64,000 nucleotides of DNA from Candidatus Sumerlaeales bacterium (GCA_038243585.1 JBBSQY010000002.1:64001-128000); one strand, 5' to 3'. Positions 30,079-40,559 are shown, counted from the first letter of the stretch. A program made the numbers and translations. Notes: generated from the sequence alone by a model not told the origin.

Positions 30079-31548
30079 CTACTGGTTGCCCTGTTTAGCT
30101 TTGTTCCGGTTGCGCTTTCCTTTTTTCCGAACAGCCGGTTTGCTGGTTTTCGAGTCGTTCTCGGCGGCCAGTTTTTCTCTCGCTTTAAGTAATCTAGAAT
30201 CCAAAAAAAGTGGTGGTGCGTTTTTGCGGTTCCAAACTTGCCAGGCCTTCCGAAGCTCAGCGACCTTTTCACTGTTTTCCTGCGCGACATCTTTTGTTTC
30301 GCCTATATCTTCATTCAGGTTATAGAGGGCCCAAGGCGCTCCGTCGGCTGGCTGGACTGCTTTCCAGTCGCCCATTCTGACGGCTTTTTGGTTAGGGGCG
30401 TCAGTCCATTTCCAGAAGAGAGCTTCATGAGGCGTTCCGGTATTTTTACCGGTGATAAACGGCAGCAGATCAACTCCTTCAAGATCAGAAGTTGTAGTTG
30501 TATTAGCGGCAGCCAGGAAGGTTGGGGTAAGATCGAGAGCAATAACAGGCTTTTCATATTTTAGGCCTGCAGGAATAACTCCGTTCCACTGAATGAACAG
30601 GGGAACCCGAATGCCGCCTTCATATACAGTAGCTTTGCCGTCGCGCAGGACACCATTGGATTCAGAAAGATTGCCGCGGGTACCGCCGTTATCATTGAAA
30701 AATACGATAAGGGTATTATCTTCTTGCCCGGAGTCACGGACAGCTTTCAAAATGTCGCCCACGGAATTATCCATCTCATAAATCATCGCCGCCATAGCGC
30801 GGTCTCGATCGTCTTTAATATTTTCAAACTTCTTCCGGGTTTCCTCCGGGGCTTGTAACGGAGTATGAACCGCGTTGAACGGGACATAGAGGAAGTAGGG
30901 ATTGTCCTTTGAACGGCCAATGAACTGAACGGCTTCATCACCAAATGCGGTTGTCAGATACTGAGTCGTTTTAACAGGTTTGTCATTGCGGAGAATTGGT
31001 CCCGGTTTTTCAACTCCAGGTTGGTAATCATGGGCACCATGAAGGTGTCCGAAAAAGTAATCGAATCCCTGGCCGTTGGGCGTCATTTCCGTTTTAAATC
31101 CTATATGCCATTTACCAACCATGCCCGTAGAATAGCCGGCATCTTTAAGCATTTCAGAAACCAGGGTTGCAGTGGTCGGTAAGCCGAAATTTTCCGGAAT
31201 TACAGGTCCATGATTGGATACGTACCCGAATCTATCTTGATAAATACCGGTGAGGATTCCGACGCGAGAAGGCCCGCAAACAGGGCATGTCACGTATGCG
31301 TTAGTAAATTGCGCGCCGTTTTTTGCGATGGAATCAATGTTCGGAGTCTCGACTTTTTTACCGCCGGTTATACTGAGGTCGGCGTAATCCAGATCATCAG
31401 CCAGGATAAGAATGATATTTGGCTGCTTCTGCGTCTGCGAGGTTTCCGATGAACCAGCCAGTGTGGCGGTGGTTTGTGCGGAAACGGAGAACGCGCAGGC
31501 AGCCATGGCTGCCGCAAGCAGGCCGGCTCGAAACGTGGTTTGATGCAT
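30079..31548 (-). CDS. Sulfatase (Cys-type), exported
   Basis: PNIILILADDL, CGPSR (CxPxR), GKWH, YEGGIRVP. Confidence 0.93.
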   Translation of the reverse strand: MHQTTFRAGLLAAAMAACAFSVSAQTTATLAGSSETSQTQKQPNIILILADDLDYADLSITGGKKVETPNIDSIAKNGAQFTNAYVTCPVCGPSRVGILTGIYQDRFGYVSNHGPVIPENFGLPTTATLVSEMLKDAGYSTGMVGKWHIGFKTEMTPNGQGFDYFFGHLHGAHDYQPGVEKPGPILRNDKPVKTTQYLTTAFGDEAVQFIGRSKDNPYFLYVPFNAVHTPLQAPEETRKKFENIKDDRDRAMAAMIYEMDNSVGDILKAVRDSGQEDNTLIVFFNDNGGTRGNLSESNGVLRDGKATVYEGGIRVPLFIQWNGVIPAGLKYEKPVIALDLTPTFLAAANTTTTSDLEGVDLLPFITGKNTGTPHEALFWKWTDAPNQKAVRMGDWKAVQPADGAPWALYNLNEDIGETKDVAQENSEKVAELRKAWQVWNRKNAPPLFLDSRLLKAREKLAAENDSKTSKPAVRKKGKRNRNKAKQGNQ

Positions 31549-31782
31549 TATGTGCCTTTCTTTGTCCGCTGCGCGTGGCGGCATAGTATCTGGGAGAGGG
31601 AAGATGATACACTTGACAACAAATCTGATCGACAGGTTACGCGCGTAAAGGCGCAAGAGTTGATTTGCAAATTATTTTACGCGCTCGTAGGCTTGTTATG
31701 TGAAAAATATCAGCCTAAAAGCTAAGGTTTGGGGAATAACCAGTAATAGTTCGGCAATTTGGAGGGTACAACTATAACAACC

Positions 31783-32532
31783 ATGCCAGCTAACCTGACT
31801 TCGACATCACATCGACCCTACCCGCTCCCGGCGGGACGTCCGGTTATGGAAATGAACTGGCACGATCTGATGTTTGCCCATTGGCCGCTTCCGGCGGAGG
31901 CTTTAAAAAGCCTGGTTCCCCCCGGTCTATCTATCGATGTTTTTGAGGGACAGGCCTGGATTGGCATAGTTCCGTTTTCTATGTCGGGCGTGCGACGGTG
32001 GCCGTTTCCTCCTATGCCGGGAGTTTCGCTATTCCCGGAGATTAACGTCCGCACCTATGTGACCGATGGCGATAAGCCAGGCGTGTATTTTTTCAGCCTT
32101 GATGCCGCCAGCCTTTTTGCGGTAAAGGTTGCCCGGGCATGGTACCATTTGCCCTACTACCATTCAAGGATCACTTCCAGGCGCGACGGTGATACGATCA
32201 CCTACAGCGCATCCCGCCGCATAAAAACAGGCCAGATGCCAGTGCAATACGAAGGTGCCTACCGCGCCATCGGCCCCCCAAATTGCGGAGGCTGCGGTAA
32301 GCTTGCTCACTGGCTTACAGAACGGTACTGTTTATACAGCGTAAGTCCGCGCGGGCATGTCTATCGTGCAGATATACACCATGACATGTGGCCGCTGCAG
32401 CTGGCAGAGGCTGAGATTCGGCTAAACAGTATGGTCGCTCCGTTAGGCCTCGTTCTACCCAGCGCTCCACCCCTCCTTCATTTTTCCAAACGCCTGGACG
32501 TAGTCGCGTGGCAACCGGTAAGGGTAAGTTAA
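31783..32532 (+). CDS. DUF2071 / YqjF family protein
   Basis: WHDLMFAHW, FPEINVRTYV, GVYFFSLDA, WLTERYCLY. Confidence 0.9.
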   Translation: MPANLTSTSHRPYPLPAGRPVMEMNWHDLMFAHWPLPAEALKSLVPPGLSIDVFEGQAWIGIVPFSMSGVRRWPFPPMPGVSLFPEINVRTYVTDGDKPGVYFFSLDAASLFAVKVARAWYHLPYYHSRITSRRDGDTITYSASRRIKTGQMPVQYEGAYRAIGPPNCGGCGKLAHWLTERYCLYSVSPRGHVYRADIHHDMWPLQLAEAEIRLNSMVAPLGLVLPSAPPLLHFSKRLDVVAWQPVRVS

Positions 32533-32663
32533 GCCGAATCTTAGAGTATTGAGAAAATAATACTACAAGGTTCTACAGCGCGGGATGACTTGACAGAAAA
32601 CAATTTGCACTTGAGACGCTAATATACAAAAGCCTATAGTCTAAACCTTACTGGAGAGCCGCA

Positions 32664-33557
32664 ATGGATTTAATCCGCACTACGCGAGGCGCACTGATTT
32701 TTACAGCACTGGCTGTGATGACTCCACTATGGGGACAAACCCCGGATGAAATCGAAAAAATAGAAAAGGCTATGCCGGCGACTGCAAGGGTAACGCCAGA
32801 GAAGCCGCGGCGGGTACTGGTTTTCAGCCAGGCTTTGAAGTTCAAGCACGCCAGCATACCTTATGGTGAAAAAGCCTTCCAGATAATGGGAGAAAAGACC
32901 GGAGCATTTAAGGCAGATATATCACGCGATGGGGCAGAGCTGACGCCGGAAAACCTCGCACAATACGACGCCATTATTATAAATAATACCACCGGCGATT
33001 TTATTACAACACCAAGCCTGCGGCAGGGGCTGCTGGACTTCGTGAGCAGTGGCAAAGGAATTGTCGGTATTCATGCGGCCAGCGACAGCAACTTTTCATG
33101 GGAGGAATATGGAGAACTGATTGGCGGATTTTTCGTGAACCACCCGTGGACCTCTAAGACAAAGGTAACTCTTAAAATTGAAAACCCGGATCATCCTGTC
33201 AATCAGGCATTTAAGGGACCGTCGTTCGAGGTAACAGACGAGATCTATCAGTTCCGAGAGCCATATTCTCGGGAAAAACTGCTCGTACTTGCGAGCCTGG
33301 ATACCGAAAAAACGGATATGCAGAAGAAAGGGATCGAACGCACAGACAATGACTTCGCCGTTAGCTGGGTGCGCGAATGGGGCGATGGTCGCATTTTTTA
33401 CTGCTCGCTTGGCCACAATCCTGAAATATTTTGGAATCAGACGGTGCTGCTGCATTACTTGGATGGGATACAGTTTGCCTTAGGAGATCTGAAGGCTACT
33501 GCGTCAGCGTCTGATAACAGTAGCACGCAGACCGTTGCAATGCCGCGATCCAATTAA
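32664..33557 (+). CDS. ThuA domain protein, exported
   Basis: FKHASIP, GKGIVGIHAA, DEIYQF, GRIFYCSLGH. Confidence 0.88.
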   Translation: MDLIRTTRGALIFTALAVMTPLWGQTPDEIEKIEKAMPATARVTPEKPRRVLVFSQALKFKHASIPYGEKAFQIMGEKTGAFKADISRDGAELTPENLAQYDAIIINNTTGDFITTPSLRQGLLDFVSSGKGIVGIHAASDSNFSWEEYGELIGGFFVNHPWTSKTKVTLKIENPDHPVNQAFKGPSFEVTDEIYQFREPYSREKLLVLASLDTEKTDMQKKGIERTDNDFAVSWVREWGDGRIFYCSLGHNPEIFWNQTVLLHYLDGIQFALGDLKATASASDNSSTQTVAMPRSN

Positions 33558-33748
33558 GCTGGTTTCTATGATGGTGCTAAGACCAGAAAAAGACTGATCT
33601 ACTACATCGCCTTATATGTGCATTGCGTATAGGGCAATAGGGTAAGATACTATCTTCCCCATGTTTATATTAAGACTTAGCAGGTTGCATGGCTATACTG
33701 ACACGGCCAGGTTGCGTCGAAATCAAATACGCATGTTTGATTGAACAT

Positions 33749-35344
33749 TTAGTTATGAGAAGCCGGCGATTCTTCCAGCAGGTCGCGACCTTCTTCTGGG
33801 CTTCTTGCATGCCGAGCCTGCTGTTCTACGCTCTCTGAGTCACTATCCAAACCACCTTCCCCAAGGGCAGAGACAGCCTCAGTCTCGGCGGGTATTGGCT
33901 GCTTTGGTCGTGCTGCCGTTTGAGTATGAGCAGTAGAGACTTCGGCAGGCAGGTCTTTATCAGAGAGCACTCCAGCATCTTCCCGTGTAATGCGAACAAC
34001 AACTGGAACCTCCTTGTTTACAATCACTTCACGAGCCTCGTCCGGCATGGATATTCCATTGTCTTGGAACGTTTTTTTAACCATGCGAATGACTGATGAG
34101 CGAACTTTTAGCCAGCTGTGCTTCGTACCGTCGAGCCAAAAATAGATCTTGAGATTTACTGTGGATGGCCCCAGATTATCTACTAAAACCCAAGGTTCAG
34201 GTTCGCTCAGAACAGCGGGATGATTGCATAGCACTCCCATCGCTACCTCTTGCACTTCCGTAATTACGTCATCATATCCGATTCCAATTATAAAGTCCTC
34301 GCGCCGATTGGGATTACTGGTATAGTTACGAATGGTGCTTTTATAGATTGTGGCATTTGGCACCTGAACATGGTTTCCGTCCAGGGTCATCAGTACAGTC
34401 GTCCGAACGGTAAGCCGCTGAACCAGACCTGTAACTTCCTCAACCTCGATAAGGTCACCCGACCGAAAGGGTCGTTGGATGCTTAGAAAAATGCTGGCAA
34501 GAAAGTTTTCCGTGATATCGCGAAATGCGATACCGATAATCAAGCCAATCAATCCGGTACCACCAAGTACAGTTACCGCCAGTCGGGCCAGACCAACCAC
34601 CAGCAGTACTACGTAAAGGCAGAGCAGGAATACACCTGCGCCAGCCGCTATGGCAACAACTTCGCGCAGTAGAGGAGTCAGGCTTTCTCTGCGCTGAAAG
34701 GTTCGCCGGAGAAATCCCGATATCCCAACCGCAGAAAACCATCCAACTACGAGAATGACAATGCCAAAAACAATGAGGGGCAATACTCGGACTACGCTGC
34801 GCCACAAATTTTTCAAACTCATCAGAGCTGGAGCCGGATCCCAGAGAGGAGGCGCAATAACTTCAATTTGGTTTACGACAGCAACAACGTCACGGGTGTT
34901 TCGCGCCAAGTCTCCGGCCCACTTCTTTAAAGACTCAGTTTTGGTGCGTCCGGATAAAAAAGCAACGCCTTCGTCGACGCTGACACTGGGTTTTTCGAAC
35001 CACTCTGTTGCCAATAAGATTCTTTCTAAACGGCCGGCAATTTCTGTATCGTCTGAGCCGGGGCGAACCTCAACTTTGTCAGTCAGCACCGGCTTAGCAT
35101 CTTCCTCTTCACCCGAGGACAGGGTTTCCTGCTTTGGCGCCCCAGGAAGCAACGAGCCTGGGGAAAGCTGGGCAAAGACCGGAGAATGTCCGAGTACTAT
35201 TAAAAACACAAAAAACACGGCCAAGTTCCAGCAGCAGACCTTGCAGGATAACTGGCTATGCCTTCGCGGGAGGATAAGGTTGGTAGTAAACACGGAAACT
35301 CTCGCGTGCAATCGCTGTGCCAATGGGCGGTGCGGCATAGTCAC
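33749..35344 (-). CDS. MscS family mechanosensitive channel with BON-like periplasmic domain
   Basis: GIAFRDITENFLAS, RPFRSGD, VPNATIY, IGIGYDD. Confidence 0.9.
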   Translation of the reverse strand: MTMPHRPLAQRLHARVSVFTTNLILPRRHSQLSCKVCCWNLAVFFVFLIVLGHSPVFAQLSPGSLLPGAPKQETLSSGEEEDAKPVLTDKVEVRPGSDDTEIAGRLERILLATEWFEKPSVSVDEGVAFLSGRTKTESLKKWAGDLARNTRDVVAVVNQIEVIAPPLWDPAPALMSLKNLWRSVVRVLPLIVFGIVILVVGWFSAVGISGFLRRTFQRRESLTPLLREVVAIAAGAGVFLLCLYVVLLVVGLARLAVTVLGGTGLIGLIIGIAFRDITENFLASIFLSIQRPFRSGDLIEVEEVTGLVQRLTVRTTVLMTLDGNHVQVPNATIYKSTIRNYTSNPNRREDFIIGIGYDDVITEVQEVAMGVLCNHPAVLSEPEPWVLVDNLGPSTVNLKIYFWLDGTKHSWLKVRSSVIRMVKKTFQDNGISMPDEAREVIVNKEVPVVVRITREDAGVLSDKDLPAEVSTAHTQTAARPKQPIPAETEAVSALGEGGLDSDSESVEQQARHARSPEEGRDLLEESPASHN

Positions 35345-35416
35345 GCCATACGCATAACTTTATATTATACGTGCTGTGGCTAATAATGAATCGAGGTTAA
35401 TCTGGTTCAGCGCCTC

Positions 35417-35953
35417 TTAGCTGCGAACCATTGAACTTAATGTGGATAAGCTGCTTTTTTCAGGAGCGTTAGATATGACTGAGAATGTACCGTCAGTTTC
35501 TAAGACGACCCCTTCTGCTTCTGTAGACGCCGAGCCACTATTTCGGAGAGCGGACAGAATTTCAGCCTCCGTTATACGGGCGCGCCGCATGTTACCTCGC
35601 AAATACTCGCCTTGATACATTAACAATGTCGGTTCCGATTTTACTAATTTCTCGAACTGCGGAAATCTGACAGAAAGCCACGAAACAACAAACTGAAGAG
35701 AAGCCAACAGCAAAAATGCCAGGATTCCCTCTAGAATCGCAACATCTTTAGATAGCACGATAGTAGCCAAAGTAGAGCCTAGGGCGACCGTTACCACAAG
35801 ATCGAAAGCGTTCATTTTAGAAAGCGTTCGTTTTCCAAAGGTACGCAACACAGTGACTAGTGCAACGTAGCTTACAGATCCAGCAATCAAAACACGAAGC
35901 AGTCCATACCATGAATCAAAAAGCATACTTGGCAGCGAATCAGGTAACTCCAT
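35417..35953 (-). CDS. DUF421 (YetF-like) membrane protein
   Basis: GKRTLSKMNAFDLVVTVALGSTLA, VVLETDGTFSVI. Confidence 0.92.
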   Translation of the reverse strand: MELPDSLPSMLFDSWYGLLRVLIAGSVSYVALVTVLRTFGKRTLSKMNAFDLVVTVALGSTLATIVLSKDVAILEGILAFLLLASLQFVVSWLSVRFPQFEKLVKSEPTLLMYQGEYLRGNMRRARITEAEILSALRNSGSASTEAEGVVLETDGTFSVISNAPEKSSLSTLSSMVRS

Positions 35954-36053
35954 ATTGCGATGTCTCCTTCTGATCGAGCAGCTTCGGGCCTATGCAAAGG
36001 AACAGTAACGCGTCTGGTAAGGCTGTAAACTATTGATCTCAATGGGTTTGAAT

Positions 36054-36077
36054 TTGGTAGCGACGAGTGGAGTTGAA
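36054..36077 (-). repeat. att direct repeat (duplicated 3' end of tRNA-Met), distal copy
   Basis: TTGGTAGCGACGAGTGGAGTTGAA, identical to 46581-46604. Confidence 0.95.
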
Positions 36078-36187
36078 GGATTCGTCGTGGTATTGATACC
36101 ATTAGACATACGCCCTATATATGGCTACTACACTCAATTTACATCCAATCTATTATAGTAGTAGTATCAAACAAATTCCCTTCTATA

Positions 36188-36251
36188 GCCACATATACGC
36201 CTTAGAGACTTTACCCTATTTACCCTGTTTACCCTGTTCTAAAAACAATGC
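36188..36251. repeat. Sub-terminal imperfect inverted repeat, left copy
   Basis: CACATATACGCCTTAGAGACTTTACCCTATTTACCCTGTTTACCCTGTT aligns to the reverse complement of 46379-46442. Confidence 0.8.
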
Positions 36252-37385
36252 CAGCCGGTTAATGACGACGCGCCTTAGCCGGTCCGGATCCATAAGCTCC
36301 GCATAATGCTTATCTGTCATCCCTGCCGGTGCATGGCCTATATAAGCGCCATAGTCTGACAATGCGACGTCGGCCTTTACGCATAGGTTAACGAATGTTT
36401 TTCTAACGTCCTTCGGATCCATGTCGGCGTATGCGGGAATGTCGAAATCCGCCGCCACGCTATTGAGTAGCCGGCGCAGGCTTAATCCAACGCTGTGGTG
36501 GGTCGCGTCAAATCCCTCGGTGTTCGTGACTACCAGCGCCTCAGGGGCCATCCTAGACAGCTCAGCGGCCATCCATGCAGAGACTGCCGGCAGGATAGGA
36601 ATGGATCGCGCACGATACTTGTTTTTCGACAGCTTAATGGATAGCATATTGCTTGTGAAATCGAAGTCGCCGACGCGCAGGCGGATAATTTCTTTAATGT
36701 TACACCCTACCAAACAGCCTAGAACAACAGCCCGTGGGATCGCACGGTTGACGCGCATATTAGCGCATCCCCATAAAAGCGCCACCTGGTCAGCGTTTAT
36801 GTAGTTTTTCTCCGGTGTGGATTCATCGGTTAAAAATCCGCTCTGGATTACCAGGGGATAGTACCGGCGCGGATCTGATCGTGCCTGGTTCTTTGCCGTC
36901 ATAGTCAGAACGCCGATGTAGTGCCGTATGCTCTTTGGCTTTAATCCCTGGTCATGTAGAAATTTGACATAATCCTGTGCTACCGCGCCCGTGACTTTTT
37001 CCCAATATGATATGTTGGGGCCATCACCTTCTAACCAGTTTATGAAGTATTTTTCAAACCTGCGAAGATCCGCACGACGGTCATCTGTTTTGGCTCTGGC
37101 GTGCGTAATGGCTTTTCTGATAGCGTCGCCGATTAGGTCGCCGTCCATCCGGTCCATAACATGAGAAAAGCGGGAGCCTAGAATGTCCCTAAGCTCCCGC
37201 GCCATCTTCTTCACTTCATCCGGCAGGGTAATTCCTGCCAGTTGCTTTTCCGTCTCCGCTTTTATGCCGGTGCTCTTCGACAGCCGTTTACCGGCAGTAT
37301 CACGATAAACTAAATAGTAGCGCTTATCACTACTCTGGATCCTTATAGTAACGGCTCCGATTTTTTCCACTGTTCGCAGGGTCAT
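36216..37385 (-). CDS. Tyrosine recombinase / integrase
   Basis: IIRLRVGDFDF, SKNKYRARSIP, DVRKTF, IGHAPAGMTDKHY; adjacent to the att repeat. Confidence 0.9.
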   Translation of the reverse strand: MTLRTVEKIGAVTIRIQSSDKRYYLVYRDTAGKRLSKSTGIKAETEKQLAGITLPDEVKKMARELRDILGSRFSHVMDRMDGDLIGDAIRKAITHARAKTDDRRADLRRFEKYFINWLEGDGPNISYWEKVTGAVAQDYVKFLHDQGLKPKSIRHYIGVLTMTAKNQARSDPRRYYPLVIQSGFLTDESTPEKNYINADQVALLWGCANMRVNRAIPRAVVLGCLVGCNIKEIIRLRVGDFDFTSNMLSIKLSKNKYRARSIPILPAVSAWMAAELSRMAPEALVVTNTEGFDATHHSVGLSLRRLLNSVAADFDIPAYADMDPKDVRKTFVNLCVKADVALSDYGAYIGHAPAGMTDKHYAELMDPDRLRRVVINRLALFLEQGKQGK

Positions 37386-37617
37386 GCTTTTTTTGTTTCA
37401 TCCTGACTGGTTTTAAGTCAATACTGGTTTTGGGATGGAGCAGGCTTTCCACTCTCTGCCGGCCTATTTCGTCCAAATAGTGAATGATGGTCCCGCCCCA
37501 ATACCTGCCCCGAATGGTAGCCAGGGGCGCACATTCGTCAGCGAGTTTGCGGCCTAGCATTATTTCGAGCTCAGCAGCGCCATACCAGCGGTATGGGCGA
37601 ATGATAGGTTTAAGCAT
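37330..37617 (-). CDS. Small putative excisionase/HTH-like protein
   Basis: 95 aa, basic, overlaps the primase stop and the integrase start; function inferred from position. Confidence 0.5.
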   Translation of the reverse strand: MLKPIIRPYRWYGAAELEIMLGRKLADECAPLATIRGRYWGGTIIHYLDEIGRQRVESLLHPKTSIDLKPVRMKQKKHDPANSGKNRSRYYKDPE

Positions 37618-40123
37618 GATTCACCGCCTGGGGGTTCATGTGGTACACTCTGGCAGGCTTCTTTGCCCCTGGTGATAGAATCTCCGCTTTGCGCAGGATG
37701 TGGCGCTCTTCAAGGTAGGAAAGCGCCTCGCTGAATATGCTTTCGTTTTTCATGCGCTTCTTTACCCGGTCCCACAAATCCGTGTGGCGGATGGGTGATT
37801 CTCCGGTACTGCCGGCAAGGTTGCGGATGTGCCTAAGTGCATATTTAGCATTCGACTGGACCGGGAGCTCCTTCACGATGCCGAGCACCTGGTCCGCACG
37901 ATACAGAAAATATGTTCCCAGCGTAATCGCGCTTTTCATCGTGTCAGCCGATATGGTCCGCCCTGCGTAATCGATGGGGAATTCTGCTACGTGCAGACAC
38001 GCCGCCAGGCGAAGGATCCTGCCGGCATGTTTAGCGCCCCACTGTGCAATGTCCTCTTCGCCGAAGTCACCCGTATCTGGGCAAAGTTTAGGCATGAAGT
38101 CTTGTCTGAAAGTACGAAATTCAGCAGCAGCGCCATCACTGAGTTTTAGGACTACACCATCGTTCGTATCATTTAGCAGGTGCGTAATTGTTTTAAGGTA
38201 TTTCTGTTTTATCGCCTCATCGATGGGGGGCGCATCTACTTTATAATTTGCAAAGTCAATGCTGCCACGCAGAAGGATATAACGCTGGATTACGCCGAGC
38301 CCTGTAAATGTGTCCTGGTTTATAACGCCGTCAAATGGCTTCGGTTGCACAAACTGCACGACAGATAAAAGTGGCGCTTCAAGTGTTTCATTCCCACCTG
38401 AAACGCGGTCCCGGACGTGCCTCTCTCCGTCATAGCATTTGGGAAATAATGTGCATGAGCTTTGCCCGTTGCTATACATCCCACCCATCACGTTAAACAG
38501 TTTGGAAGACTCAGCAGAAATAACGATCCCGCTTTCCCTGTTTTGCTTTTCGCCTAATGGCTTGAATAGTGATTCTTCGGTGAAATCCTCATATATAAGC
38601 CGCCTTGCATTCCGAGCCGGTAGGGCGTCCAATTCCGTTTCAAGGTCCGTGAGCTCCATTGCCAGCATTTTACGATCCGCAGAAGTGGACGCCTTATTTA
38701 CTTTTCGCACAACAGCCGCCTGCCGTGCGACAATTATCTTTTCTTCGTTGCCGGCAAGGATCCGCTCTTGTCTGGATTCGAGCTCATTCTGTTTTCCCCA
38801 AAGAACGGCAGGTTCTGAAATGGCTTCCAATGTCGCTGATTTTGTAGCGCCTGGGGGAAAGATTACCATCACCCATAAGTTTGTGTTTTCCTGCCAGTTT
38901 GTTTTGCCTTCAATTATCACACGCCGCTGGATCGTAGACGATAACATCCCCAACGCAATGGTCGCGGTTACTTCTACCGGCACGTTCTGTTGAACAGCCA
39001 GCTCCGCGGCGAAATCTCTTAACCAGGGTGAACCGTCGAATGACTGTAAGGGGAACGTCTCCGCGTCTTCGCCAAACATCTCACCCGGCGCTACCTGGTC
39101 AATGGATATCAGCTCCGGCCATTCCTCGACCTGGGCAACCGCCGGCTCCCATAGAACAGCTACCTTTAGGCGCTCATCATAACTCATTCCTGCCGGCTCT
39201 GGGTCGGCCAGGTCTTGGCCTTTTTCCATGCCATCGGTCGGCATGATCCGCACCCGCGTATTCATCTCATAAAGGTGTGCGGCTAGTCCGTCCATCGCAT
39301 CAGTGCCAGGCTCGTCAGCATCAGGAATTAAGAAGCCTTCAGAGTTCGCCAGTAGGCGCCAGTCTGTTTTGTTCCATGTTCCGGCGCTACCTTGCCAGGT
39401 GAGTATTAACAGATCAGGCCAGCGCTCCTGTGCGGCCTCCATTGTCTTGTGCCCTTCACATATTGCCCACGGCCTGGTATCTCCAGCAGCAATCTTGTCA
39501 GCCCCATAGAACGGCTTATTGTCCAGGCTACCGTGAAAGTGCCAGCCAGCTTTATATTTTCTGCCTTCGTGGGTGTGTTCTGTGTCGTAGTAGTAGCACG
39601 GTCTGAATTGCTTACGGTCAAACACTGGGGGATTGTCCCATCGGTAGTCATAATTGAACAGCGTGCCATCAGAATTTAAGAGGGTGTAGACGTGATCCGG
39701 CTTGCCTAATTTGTAAGCTTCTTTTGGCGGTGCAATATCTTCCGGCGGGTTACGATTTATGTTGCATATATCTGCCGGCAGGGGTGTAGTTTTGGTAATC
39801 CTTGTCGGGATACTTTTAGGTTTTGCCTCGGTTCGCGCCGGGGCAATTTCTTTTTTTGGGGGGCTTGTGTTTGTCGCTGTGTTCATCCGGTGGTTGCCTC
39901 TCAAATCGTCTCTGAAGTGGTCTGCTATTTCTTTGGTGGGGCATTTCATGGTAGTGCACTTGAACATCACATCCCCAGACTTCGCGCTATCCCATACCAG
40001 GCAGTTTAAGCCGCTGCCCTTATGGATGGGGCAATTGATCCTGTAGCAGCCTTTAGCGTCCGGTCTGGTAGATCGTGCGCTGCCGTTGCCGTACCTGTCG
40101 GCAATGTCTGCCGCGTTCATCAT
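37610..40123 (-). CDS. Replication protein: Zn finger + Toprim primase + DUF3987 (YfjI-like) domain
   Basis: CPIH...C...C; ICEGHKT and PDADEPG Toprim motifs; WQENTNLW, PPGATKS, LIYEDFTEESL, DRVSGG, GVIQRY. Confidence 0.82.
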   Translation of the reverse strand: MMNAADIADRYGNGSARSTRPDAKGCYRINCPIHKGSGLNCLVWDSAKSGDVMFKCTTMKCPTKEIADHFRDDLRGNHRMNTATNTSPPKKEIAPARTEAKPKSIPTRITKTTPLPADICNINRNPPEDIAPPKEAYKLGKPDHVYTLLNSDGTLFNYDYRWDNPPVFDRKQFRPCYYYDTEHTHEGRKYKAGWHFHGSLDNKPFYGADKIAAGDTRPWAICEGHKTMEAAQERWPDLLILTWQGSAGTWNKTDWRLLANSEGFLIPDADEPGTDAMDGLAAHLYEMNTRVRIMPTDGMEKGQDLADPEPAGMSYDERLKVAVLWEPAVAQVEEWPELISIDQVAPGEMFGEDAETFPLQSFDGSPWLRDFAAELAVQQNVPVEVTATIALGMLSSTIQRRVIIEGKTNWQENTNLWVMVIFPPGATKSATLEAISEPAVLWGKQNELESRQERILAGNEEKIIVARQAAVVRKVNKASTSADRKMLAMELTDLETELDALPARNARRLIYEDFTEESLFKPLGEKQNRESGIVISAESSKLFNVMGGMYSNGQSSCTLFPKCYDGERHVRDRVSGGNETLEAPLLSVVQFVQPKPFDGVINQDTFTGLGVIQRYILLRGSIDFANYKVDAPPIDEAIKQKYLKTITHLLNDTNDGVVLKLSDGAAAEFRTFRQDFMPKLCPDTGDFGEEDIAQWGAKHAGRILRLAACLHVAEFPIDYAGRTISADTMKSAITLGTYFLYRADQVLGIVKELPVQSNAKYALRHIRNLAGSTGESPIRHTDLWDRVKKRMKNESIFSEALSYLEERHILRKAEILSPGAKKPARVYHMNPQAVNHA

Positions 40124-40350
40124 TTCTTTTCCTCAATTCTGTAATGCCCGCCGCTGTGATTCCAGCAGTGTGATAATCGGTGGTCGGGGTCGGTGAATTC
40201 CGGCTTCGTCCCGGTGCCGCCGCCGTGTCGGTGTGGCTCTCGGCAGTAGGGGCATTGTCCTATCAGCAGCCACATACTGCTGTAACGTGACCACTCAGCC
40301 CGGCAGTAGAATACCGGCAGTTGTTCCTCGGTGTCGATGGTGGTGGTCAT
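40120..40350 (-). CDS. Small Zn-binding phage-type hypothetical protein
   Basis: CPYCREPHRHGGG...HRLSHC; 4-bp overlaps with both neighbours. Confidence 0.7.
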   Translation of the reverse strand: MTTTIDTEEQLPVFYCRAEWSRYSSMWLLIGQCPYCREPHRHGGGTGTKPEFTDPDHRLSHCWNHSGGHYRIEEKK

Positions 40351-40559
40351 CGTTCGCCACCGCCCAAACCGACAGATCCGCGACGCAGGCCCCAGCGCTC
40401 CAAGGCTTTTTCCAGTGAATCAGCATCGACGCGCCGCCGGATGCGGAAAACTGGATAATCTGGAACAGTGTTATTATGATAATCTGCCCAGTGATGAAAG
40501 GCGTTTGGACTACTGAAACCGGCAAGTTTTGCCGCCGACGTGATGGAGATCAATTTCAT
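40347..40559 (-). CDS. AlpA/excisionase-like winged-HTH protein (copy 2)
   Basis: MKLISITSAAKLAGFSSPNAFHHW...RRRVDADSLEKAL; 4-bp overlap coupling. Confidence 0.65.
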   Translation of the reverse strand: MKLISITSAAKLAGFSSPNAFHHWADYHNNTVPDYPVFRIRRRVDADSLEKALERWGLRRGSVGLGGGER

